Source of the DNA: the human T2T-CHM13v2.0 reference genome, Homo sapiens | NCBI RefSeq assembly: GCF_009914755.1 | Contig: NC_060927.1 | Direction: 5' to 3' (one strand) | Length of the DNA stretch: 64,000 nt | In this document: positions 45,601 to 64,000 of the stretch, one piece after another | How the letters are laid out: each line of letters starts with the position of its first letter | Position numbering within the stretch: the stretch's first letter is position 1 | Translations under genes and position numbers: made by a program | The notes under the pieces: generated by a model | The model's input: only the letters and a program-made list of their open reading frames with translations | The model's database searches: none | Told to the model about the DNA's origin: nothing

Positions 45601-47219
45601 CAACCCTCCTAGATTAAATCAGGAAGAAATAGAAACTGAACAGACTAATAACAAGTAGCAAGATTGAAATAGTAATTTTTTAAAAATTGCCAACAAAAAA
45701 AGTCCAGGACCAGATGGATTCACAGCTGAATTCTCTCAGGCATTCAAAGAATAATTGGTTCAAAATTATTCCAAAAGATAGAGAAAGAGGGAATCTTCTC
45801 TAAATCATTCTACGAAGCCAGTGTTGAAACAGGAGACAGCCAAATGCTGCCCAGGTCATTGTGCACATGGGGCTTGCCTAAACACACCCACAGTGAAAAA
45901 TTTTGTCCACTAACACATGCACAGTAAGAGAAATAAATCAACGTGGAGTGGCTCAGACTAAGGGCCCATCTGTGCACTGGGAGAATGGTGTGGAGCCATC
46001 AGGAATTTGCACCTTATGCAGGAGGGAAGAAGCCTGTCCTCTTCAGCTCTTGTGTGGTGGTCCAGTATTCAATCTGTGAGGTGGGAGCCTGTTGGCAGGA
46101 CCCCCTCTTTTTTGCTGAGAGCGTTCTTTTAATAAATTCCACTCTCCTCACCTTTCAATTTGTTCACATGCCTAATTTTTCCTGGGTATTAGACAAGAAC
46201 CCAGATTTAAATAAACTAAGGAACAAAAAATCTTGCTTCAGTACCACCCTAATACCAAAACAAGGAAAGAACATAACAAGGAAAGAAAATTACAGACCAA
46301 TATCTCTGATGAACATAGATGCAAAATTCCTCAACAGAATACTAGCTAACTGAATCAAACAGCATATCAAAAAGATAATACACCATGATCAAGTGGATTT
46401 CATACCACGGATGTAGGGATGGTTTAACATATGGAAGTCAATAAATGTGATACATCACATAAACAGAATTAAAAACAAAAATCATATAATCATCTCAACA
46501 GATGCAGAAAAAGCATTTGACAAAATCCAGCATCACTTTATGATTAAAACCTTCAGCAAAATCAGCATAGAAGAGACATACCTCAAGGCAATAAAAACCG
46601 TCTATGACAAACCCACAGCCAACATTATACTGAATAGGGAAAACTCAAAAGCATTCCCCCTGAGAAGGGGAACAAGACAAGGATGCCCACTTTCACCACT
46701 TCTATTCAACATAGTACTGGAAGTGCTAGCCAGAGCAATCAGACAAGAGAAAGAAATTAAGGGCATCCAAATTAGTAAAGAGGAAGTCCAGCTGTCACTG
46801 TTCGCCGATGATATGATTATATACCTAGAAAACCCTAAAGACTCATCCAAAAATCTCCTACATCGATAAATGAATTCAGTAAAGTTTCAGGGTACAAAAT
46901 CAATGAACACAAATCAGTAGACTGCTATACACCAACAATGACGAAGCTGAAAATCAAATCAAGAACTCAACCCCTTTTACAACAGCTACAAAAAAAAAAA
47001 AAATACAATAAAATATTTAGGAATATACCTAACCAAGGAGATGAAAAAGCTCTACAAGGAAAACTACAAAACACTGCTCAAAGAAATTATCGATGACACA
47101 ATAAAATGAAAATGCATCCCATGCTCATGGATGGGTAGAATTGATATTGTGAAAATGACCATACCAATGCCAAAAGCAGTCTACAAATTCAACGCAATTC
47201 CCATCAAAATACCATCATC
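42690..47219 (+). mobile_element. L1PB-type element with 5' UTR, ORF1 start and ORF2 RT domain; internally deleted and 3'-truncated
   Basis: ORF1 N-terminus MRRNQKVNSGNMTKQGS at 44273; RT motifs [10 protein letters not shown] and FADDM in ORF 46447-46869; multiple stops and frameshifts. Confidence 0.9.
45825..46240 (+). mobile_element. LTR27/LTR28-like ERV1 solo LTR inserted in L1 ORF2
   Basis: TG...CA termini; interrupts L1 at gaagccagt|accaccctaatacc; internal aataaa. Confidence 0.75.
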
Positions 47220-47981
<762 letters not shown>

Positions 47982-48208
47982 AAAGGTTGCTCTCAAAAAC
48001 AGAGGAGGTTGTGGTGAAAGGCAATTGGGAGGAGATTCAAGACACAGGCTAAACCATGGGCCAGCTTGTCTGCAGGAGAGAACCAGAGAAAGACACAGCT
48101 GGGAGGAGCACCCTGGTGTCAGAACAAATATCCAATACTGACACCCAGACCTATCTCTTTGAAGGAGCCTGAATTTTACTGGATTAGTTCTAGATTAATT
48201 TATGCCCT

Positions 48209-48900
48209 TGTAACCGCCCAAGGGGTTCACCTTCCCCGATGGGTAGGCAGAGCCAATTCATCAAGACAGGGGAATTGCAATAGAGAAAGAATAATTCACA
48301 CAGAGCTGGCTGTGCGGGAGACCGGAGTTTTATTATTACTCAAATCAGTCTCTCCGAGAATTCAAGAAGCAGAGTTTGTAAAGATAACTTGATGGGTAGC
48401 GGGGCGTGGAAGCCAGCGAGCCAGGCGTGCTGATTGGTCAGAGATGAAATAATAGAGAACCGAAGCTGTCTTCCTGCACTGAGTCAGTTCCCGGGTGGCG
48501 GGAGCCACAAGAGCAGATGAGCCAGTTTATTGATCTGGGTGGTGCCAGCTGATCCATCAAGTGCAGGGTCTGCAAAATATCTCCAGCACTGATCTTAGGA
48601 GCAGTTAGGGAAGGTCAGAATCTTTTAGACTCCAGCTGCATGACTCCTAAACCATAATTTCTAATCTTGTGGCTTATGTTAGTCCTACAAAGGCAATCTA
48701 GTTCCCAGGCAAGAAGGAGGTCTGCTTTGCGAAGGGGCTGTTACTGTCTTTGTTTAAACTATAAAGTAAGTTTCTCCCAAAGTTAGTTCAGCCTATGCCC
48801 AGGAATGAACAAGAGCAGCTTGGAGGTTAGAAGAAAGATGGAGTCAGTAAAGTTAGATCTCTTTCACTGTCTCAGTCATAATTTTGCAAAGGTGGTTTCA
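48209..48900 (-). mobile_element. LTR8 (ERV1) full-length solo LTR
   Basis: Reverse strand begins TGAAACCACCTTTGCAAAATTATGACTGAG and ends GGGCGGTTACA; 4-bp TSD ccct. Confidence 0.88.
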
Positions 48901-49226
48901 CCCTCTAAGGCTTCTCTGAAAACAATAGAACAACTAGCTAGCAATTCATGGAGTTTAACAGAGGGGTATAGTCAGGGAAAGAAATGAGGTGAACACAGCC
49001 AAGTCCACTGCCCTGCCAGGGTGACTGTGTTCATCCCCACCTGGGCCTCCTTGAGGAGCAACATGAGAGGCTTAGTACTGCAGAGGGGCTGGGGGTGGGG
49101 GAGAAACTAGACTTCATTAAAATAGTCCAGCCAGTCACTAAACAAATAAACAGCAAATAATACCAACAAGCTCTGGAAGGGGTAGGGACAGACCCAGAGT
49201 GGCTACCATATGTTATCTACAATGTA

Positions 49227-49740
<514 letters not shown>

Positions 49741-50414
49741 TGTTCAAAGACCTAAGAGAAACCACAAAGAAGTAAAGGAAGTTGTGATGACAATATCACA
49801 CTAAATACAAAATATCAATAAAGGGATAGAAATTATAAAAAGCACCAAATGGAAATTCTGCAGTTGAAATTTGTAAATGGAAAAAATCACTGAAATGAAA
49901 AAAAAAAGATTTGAGCTAGCAGATGAAACACTTAGTGAACTTGAAGATAAGTCGATAGAAATTACATAATCCAAAGAACAGGAAGAAAAAGAAATGAAAA
50001 ATAATAAAGCCTCAAAGAAATGTGGGACACCATTTAGCACACCAACATATATGTAATGGGAATGCCAGAAGGAGCAGACAGAGACGAGCAGAAAAAATAT
50101 TCAAAGAGATAATGGCTAGAAACATCCCATACTGAAAAACACCAACCTATGTATCTAGGAAGCTCAAGGGACTTCAAGTAGGATAAACACAAAGAAGTCC
50201 AAAAACAGACCATCATAGTAGAAATACTGAAGGTCAAAGACAAAGGGATAATCTTCAAAACCACAAGAAAAAAACAGTTCATCACTTACAAGAGAACTCT
50301 AGGAAAATATAATTATGAAAGATAGTATAAATGCATATTTTGTTTTTCTTCTCTTATTTAAAAAGCAATTGTGTAAAATGTGTATATATTGCTGAGCCTA
50401 AAACATATAGGATT

Positions 50415-50515
50415 TTTATATATTTTTATATATATATTATATATATAATATATTATATATACTATATATATTATATATATATATATATAAATTTATATAT
50501 AAATTTTTAATATAT
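50415..50515. repeat. (TA)-rich low-complexity tract
   Basis: About 100 bp almost entirely A/T, mostly alternating. Confidence 0.9.
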
Positions 50516-50760
50516 TTGCCAATAAAAACCCAAAGGAGGTGATTGGAAGCAAAGCTGTTTTGAACTAAGTGACTACAGATGGTAAAATAATAATTATAAC
50601 AATATATTACTTCGTCTGTAACATTACTAGAGTTAACATGTACAACGAAACCAAAAAAGGAAGGGGGAAGAATAGACTTATATAAAAATAGTGCCTCTAT
50701 ATCTCACTTGAATTAAGTTAGTATAAATCTGAAGTTAATTCTAATTTGTTAAGAAGCCCT

Positions 50761-51144
50761 TGTTACCAGTGGAGCGTGTCCAGTTTCTTGGCATCTCAAA
50801 CAAAGAATTTGACAAAACGCACAAACAAAGCAAGTAAAGAATGAAGCAACAAAAGCAGAGATTTACTGAAAACAAAAGCACACTCCACAGGGCAGGAGCA
50901 TAGGGGCTCAAGAGCCGAATTACAGAGTTTTCTGGGGTTTAAATACCCTCTAGAGGTTTCCATTGGTTACTTGGTGTACTCCCTATGTAAATGAAGAGGC
51001 TAAAGTGAAGTTGCAAAGTTATTTGCTTGGTGTACACCCTGTAAATGAAGAGGATATTTCCTGTCATAGCTGAAGTGTTTCCATTTGATTTAGTTCTAGG
51101 AAGTCCTTAGGTTCCCTGCCTCTAGGCCCTATTCTTCTGCCTCA
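50761..51144 (-). mobile_element. MER51A-like ERV1 solo LTR
   Basis: Reverse strand begins TGAGGCAGAAGAATAGGG...GCAGGGAACCTAAGG and ends CCACTGGTAACA. Confidence 0.85.
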
Positions 51145-51601
51145 TACTGAAAAAACAAACCTCAAAAAGTAGGAAAAAAAATCACTATAGAAATGTAAAT
51201 ACTTCATTAAAAAATATTCACTTAATGCAAAAGATAGCAGTAAAGGAAGAATAGAGGACCAAAAAAGAGATGAGACACATAGAAAATAAGTAAAATGGTA
51301 GACATAAATCCAACTATATCAACAATAGCATTCAATATGAATTTATTAAACAATCTAATTAAGGGCAGAACTTGTAAAACTGAATTTTAAAAAACAAGAT
51401 CTAACTATGTAATATCTATGGAGAATATAATTTAGATTCAAAGATACAAATAGATTGAAAGTAAAAGGATGGAAAAAGATTTGCAAATCACCACCACAAG
51501 AATTGAAATGGCTATCCTAATATCAAACAAAATAAACTGTAAAACAAAAATGTTAGTAGAAATAAGAGGAAATTTATAATGAAAAAAGATAAGACTCAAA
51601 T

Positions 51602-52883
<1,282 letters not shown>

Positions 52884-53595
52884 AAATTACTAGAATCAGG
52901 CAGTGTTACTACTGACCTTATAGACATGAAAAGATTATATAGGAATATTATGAATAACTGCATGCCAATAAATTAGATAATCTATGGGCTGCGCACAGTG
53001 GCTCATGCCTGTAATCCCAGCACTTTGGGAGGCTGAGGTGGGGGGGATCACTAGAGGCCAGGAGTTTGAGACCAGCCTGGCCAACATGGCAAAACCCTAT
53101 CTCTACTAAAAATACAAAAAATTAGCCAGGCGTGGTAGCAGGTGCCTGTAATCCCTGCTACTTGGGAGGCTGAGGCACTAGAATTGCTTGAACCTGGGAG
53201 GCAGAGGTTGTAGTGAGCCAAGACTGTGCTACTACAGAGTGAGACCCTGTCTCAAAAATAAATACATACATAAATAAAATAACCTAGATAAAATAAATTC
53301 CTCAAAGACACAAACTATTAAAAATGACTCAAGAAGAAATAGAAAATCTGAATAGACCTATAACAAATGAAGAAACTGAATTAGTATTTAAAAATTAAAA
53401 AACTGCTCACGAAAAAGTCCCAGGTAGCTTCACTGCTCAGTTCTACCAAACATTCAAACGTTCACAGAAAGCTAATACCAACTCTTCATAAACTCTTTCA
53501 AAAAATAGAAGAGGAAAAAACACTTCCCAATTCACTATATGAGGCCACTATTACCCTAATATTAAAACTGTACAAAGGCAACACAAGAAATCTAC

Positions 53596-54217
<622 letters not shown>

Positions 54218-55003
54218 GGAGAAGAACATCAGACTAGCATTATTAACCAAGCTCAACTATGGTTTAAAAGTGAAGCTATATAAAGATATGTTCGAGTATT
54301 CAAAAACTAAGAAAGTCAACTACTCAAAGACCCGCACTGAAGGCTGCAGTGAGTTACGATTGCACAACTGCACTCTAGCCTGAGTGACAGAGTGAGACCC
54401 TGTCTCAAAAGAAAAACAAAAGAGAGAGAAAGAGAATGAGAGACATGGGGTGTCACTATGTTTCCCCCATGCTGGGCTCAAACTCCTGGGCTCAAGCAAT
54501 CCTCCCATCTCAACCTCTCAAGTAGCTGGGGCTGGGGTGATAGGCGTGTGCCACTGTGCCCGGTTTATTGCCTGACCTTTTTATTCTAGCCATTGTAGTG
54601 GATGTAAAGTGGTATCTCATTGTGGTTTTGCTTTGCATTTCCCCAGTGATTAATGATGATGTCAAGCATCTTTTCACTGTGATTATTGGCCTTCCTTGGA
54701 GAAATATCTATTCAGATCTTTAGTCTTTTTTTTTTTTTTTGACAGTGTCTTGCTTTGTCACCCAGGCTGGAGGGCAGTGGCATGATCATGGCTTACCTTT
54801 GTCTATTTTTAAATTAGGTTTTTTATAGATGCCTTTTATCAGGTTGAGAAATTTTCCTTCTATTCCTAGTATGTTGAATGTTTCTATCATGAAAGGGTGT
54901 TGAATTTTGTCCACTAGTTTTTCTGTGTTTAATGAGATGATTATTTGATACTGGTATGATATATTACATTAATTCTATTGATATAACATATTCCATTAAT
55001 TGA

Positions 55004-56050
<1,047 letters not shown>

Positions 56051-56316
56051 ATATATCTTAATAGCTCTTTCCCATGTTCTGTTTATTTATCACTTTGTGC
56101 TATATTATGGGTGATGTCCTCAGCTCCATTTTCCAATCTAATCATCCTCTCTTGTGCTATGTCTCTGATCTAACCACTTAGCTTTAAAACTGACTATATT
56201 TTTTTTATTTTCTGGAATTTCTACTTAAAATTATCTGTTCTTTATTATTACTATTTTATGTTATTCTTGCCAGAGAGGGTCTTTTCTTTGCTTTACCTAT
56301 TTGATTATTTTTAACA

Positions 56317-56688
56317 TATGGATCTGCTTATCTGTGTCCCCACCCAAATCTCATCTTGAATTGTAACTCCCACAGTTTGCACCTGTTGTGGGAGAAGCCC
56401 AGTGGGAGGTGATTGAATTATGGGGGCGGGTCTTTCCTTCACTGTTCCTGTGATAGTGAATGAGTCTCACAAAATCTAATGGTTTTAAAAACAGGAGTTT
56501 GCCTGCACAAGCTCTCTCTTTGCCTCTTGCCATCGACGTAAGATGTGACTTGCTCCTCCTTGCCTTCTGCTATGATTGTGAGGCCTCTCCAGCCACATGG
56601 AACTGTAACTCCAATAAACTTCTTTCTTTTGTAAATTGTCCTGTCTCGGATATGTCTTTATCAGCAGCATGAAAACAGACTAATACAC
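56317..56688 (+). mobile_element. THE1-family MaLR LTR
   Basis: ctgtgtccccacccaaatctcatcttgaattgta...gcagcatgaaaacagactaataca. Confidence 0.9.
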
Positions 56689-57474
56689 ATACTTATTTCA
56701 AATTCTTTTTCAGATTGCTCTATTATCTCTATCTCTTGAAGTGTAAATGCTTCCAATTGCTGTGTATGTTCCCTCACCCTCACAGTGGTAATTTTCTTCT
56801 GTGGTTTTTCATCTTTCAAATTGTAAAATTATCTCTGGTGGAGTTTTTTTTTTTTTTCCCATGGAAATTCTGTGCATTGTGGGTTACGTGAGCATCCCTA
56901 TAGAGCAGTTTCATGTTTGCCTCTGCCAGGACCTTGAAGGTTTCATGGGTTTCAAATGAGTTTCCATATTAATTTCTCAGTTTAGTGTTCCTACCATATG
57001 AAGTATTGTGAATTCAGACCCTGCATTGGTGGGTGACATAGTGTCAAGCAGTCCTTAAGTACCAGTGACTACAGTTGCTGCTGGGTCAGTTCACCACACT
57101 TCCATATATTCAGCCACTAAGGAGACAAATCCTGATGGCTTAGGCACGGCAGGCAGCGCAAGCCTCATGCTCACTTTGGGGCACTCTGTGCATCGAGACA
57201 AGTCCTGAGGTACTAAGAGTGCTGAGGAGGAGCTCAGTGTTTCTCGGCTGTGTCACAGTGACACAGTGACTGAATCACTGAGCTTAGGAAACCTCCAACC
57301 TTCTTGAAGGGACTGCTGGCAAAAATACCAATCTTTGCCCCTGAGGAAAATATTATCTTTATTATCCTTATCAAGGAACAATCTGCTCTCTTATCCAGAG
57401 GGAGGCACTATCTCTAGTTTCCAAGGCCATCTCCTGTACATGCTTGAATAGGGAGTTTGAGACTAAAATTGTCA

Positions 57475-57798
<324 letters not shown>

Positions 57799-57809
57799 CT
57801 ATGGAGAAT

Positions 57810-58512
<703 letters not shown>

Positions 58513-58869
58513 AAAATTATCTCCAAACACAAAGGTTCTAGTTTCTCATAAGGGACTTTTTCCACCCATAGCAGCTCCTCACCACTCTAAGTACCTCAGG
58601 ATTCGTCTTTCTTGGTTTCAAGTATAGTAATAAATAAAATAATTTTTGGTTGCTGTTGTTAGGTGTTAACCAGCATTTCTATTTATTTGACTGGGAGTGG
58701 GCATGGATGGGGGCAAAGCTTCCGCATCTGGTCAGCCCTCACTATTTACTGAATGTCAATTATTACTTGTCTACTTCCTTGTTTAAACTGTTCTGAGTAT
58801 AAATCCCAACCATACCTATCACTACCTGCCAATGCCTCCTTACTATCACCAAGGTTGGACTCTTGCTGC

Positions 58870-59765
<896 letters not shown>

Positions 59766-59959
59766 ATGAGGAGTTGGGGAGGGGGAAAAGGCTCAACACA
59801 TTCTTTATGAAGCCTGTCCTGATACTAGTACGCTTTCTTTGCTGTGATCCACAGGGCCCTGTAGACACTTCCATGTCAGCATATATCCATTAACTTCATG
59901 CACCAATTCCTTTCCCTGCATAGAGACCCGCCTAAGCTCAGGGACTTTTGTTTATTTCA

Positions 59960-61120
59960 TCTTTGTATTGTCACCAACCACACAGCAGGGGTGGAATAAA
60001 CGTTTGTTAAATACGTCAAGGAAAGATGCAACAAATCTTTGAGTTTAGCTAAACCATTTTGGGAACCATTCCCATTTTTAGATCTAGACAGTAAGCTTTC
60101 AGAGTTGAACTCCCACCATGAGCTGCTGCTGGGATTGATGTTTTTATAACTCAACAGTTTGAATTCGTCAGACAACCTAAATATGTCACTGTGAACTTCC
60201 TCTCGTAGAATGATAATCAAAATGTTAAATGAAATAAGTGTGCATTCTGATTCCTGAGATGACAATTTTCTGTTTGAGAGGAGTCCGTTTATACTCACCC
60301 TGTTTCTTATCTCGAAGGCGGTTCTACAGATAAATTTTCCTTAAGACCGAGGAATCTCTTTAAAAACATTTTTTAATGTAAAGCCTTGTCACACTAATTT
60401 TTGTAGACAAAATACATTTTATCCTTGTTTATATATATTGTGTCCACTTATTTGACACTTCAAAGATGTTTTTTGGAGTACTTTGGCCCACTTTCCACTT
60501 AGAGAAACTGTGGTTCCTAACCAGGTTGATTCAAGCAATATTAACTGACTTAGATTTTGTGGGTTCCCTGACGCTTGGGTGTTTACAATGTGGTGTATAT
60601 GAGATGTAAACCCCTCAATTTGATTATGTTGGCTATGATTTTCTTGGTTATGATACCATTTGCCCAATGTAGGCATTAAAAATAGCCTAGAATTCAGGTC
60701 ATTAAGGCCTCATTTTCTATGAATTTTTAACAGTATTTTGTCTACATTAAAAATTATTTTGGAGGATTAATGAGGTTTAATTGAGGAGACTCACTATTTC
60801 TCCATTGTGTTTAACTTCTTCAATTACAAAAGCAATGTTTTTGCCACCGGTTCTGATAATAGGATTTAAAGATTTGAATTTCATTGCAACGTAATACCTT
60901 CTAATCAGGATATTCAGCTCTTTTCATAAAACTAGAATAGTGTCATCTGAAAAGTTGATCCTTTTAGGTAAACAATGCACACTCTTTGTTTTACCATGCC
61001 TTAAAAATATCACATGTTGGAATAAACAAACCTTAATCCCCTATTAACACTGCAAATACTAAAAATAAGATAAAATTATTTGGAGAAAGAAGGTTGTTTT
61101 TTGGAGTTAAAAGAGACTTC
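59960..61120 (-). pseudogene. Decayed protein-coding-like sequence of unknown identity
   Basis: 87 codons with 1 stop (61040-60780), one frameshift, then 269 codons with 4 stops (60766-59960) in AT-rich DNA not recognised as a repeat; track ORFs 60419-60676 and 59957-60298 are in the same frame. Confidence 0.6.
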
Positions 61121-61124
61121 CTGT

Positions 61125-62896
<1,772 letters not shown>

Positions 62897-62967
62897 CTGC
62901 AAGTCCAAAAATAAGACGGGGTCTAAGAAAAGAGAATGCAAGTACATTTAAAAATATCCTAATTTTC

Positions 62968-63328
<361 letters not shown>

Positions 63329-63479
63329 CTAATTCCCTGAGTACAAGAAAACAAAGTTTTATCAATTTCTCTAAGTGCGCATGACTGATTTTTCTAAAAA
63401 TAACCTGACTTTGTTGTCTAAAGTAGAAAAAGTAAATAGATCTGGTTGTGTTAATGTATTTATCAAAAAATAAATAAGT

Positions 63480-63772
63480 TGGCATGGTGGCTCATGCCAG
63501 TAATCCCAACACTTTGGGAGGCTGAGGTGGGAACATCGCTTGAGCTCAGGAGTTTCAGACCAGCCTAAACAACATAGTGAGACCTTGTCTCTACAAAAAA
63601 TTTAAAAATTAGCCAGGCGTGGCGGCACATACCTATAGTGTCAGATACTTGGGAGGCTGAGGTGGGAGGATTGCTTGAGTCCAGAAGGTGGAGGTATAGT
63701 GAGTGAGTCATGATCACAGCACTGCACTCCAGCCTGGGTGACACAGCGAGACCCTGTTTTGGTAAATAAATA
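63480..63772 (+). mobile_element. Alu (AluJ-like), followed by an L1 fragment to the window end
   Basis: Diverged dimer; L1 motifs after 63790 (gtgggaacgtaaaatggcacacccacttt, caattcctaggtattcaccca). Confidence 0.87.
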
Positions 63773-64000
63773 AACAGAACCCCTATATATCAAACAGACT
63801 GGTAAAAATTGAAGACTGACAAGACAAATGTTGGCGGGGACGTGAAGTAGCCTGGATTCTCATCTGTCATTGGTGGGAACGTAAAATGGCACACCCACTT
63901 TACAAAAAGCCTGACAGTTTCTTCTGAAAATAAACAAATGCCTATCTTATGACCCACAAATTCAATTCCTAGGTATTCACCCAAGATAAAGGAAAACAAA

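Noticed and set aside
46447-46869. Reverse-transcriptase ORF with QGCPLSP and FADD motifs
   Set aside because: Ordinary L1 ORF2 fragment from a dead, deleted element; not a novel RT system.

Overview
Primate (almost certainly human) genomic DNA, not microbial. The left quarter holds the 5' end of GK5 (glycerol kinase 5, FGGY carbohydrate-kinase family) on the minus strand. It has a CpG-island promoter at about 16.3-17.0 kb and coding exons 1-3 (16603-16749, 6893-6986, 4820-4895), which splice in frame through GT-AG sites; the remaining exons lie beyond the left edge. The other ~47 kb upstream of GK5 is mostly nested transposable elements: dozens of Alus, several old L1s, ERV1/ERVL/MaLR LTRs and hAT/Tigger DNA elements. 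Nearly all ORFs in the supplied track are Alu or L1 artefacts. The most unusual signal is a strongly stop-depleted, decayed reading frame on the minus strand at about 60.0-61.1 kb, in sequence I do not recognise as a repeat. It appears to continue at about 62.9-63.5 kb once an L1/LTR/Alu block is removed in silico. It looks like a protein-coding fossil of unrecognised origin (unitary pseudogene exon, retrocopy, ancient transposon ORF or endogenous viral element). No CRISPR, rRNA or tRNA was seen. Repeat subfamily names come from recalled consensus sequences, and repeat boundaries are approximate unless a target-site duplication (TSD) is cited.
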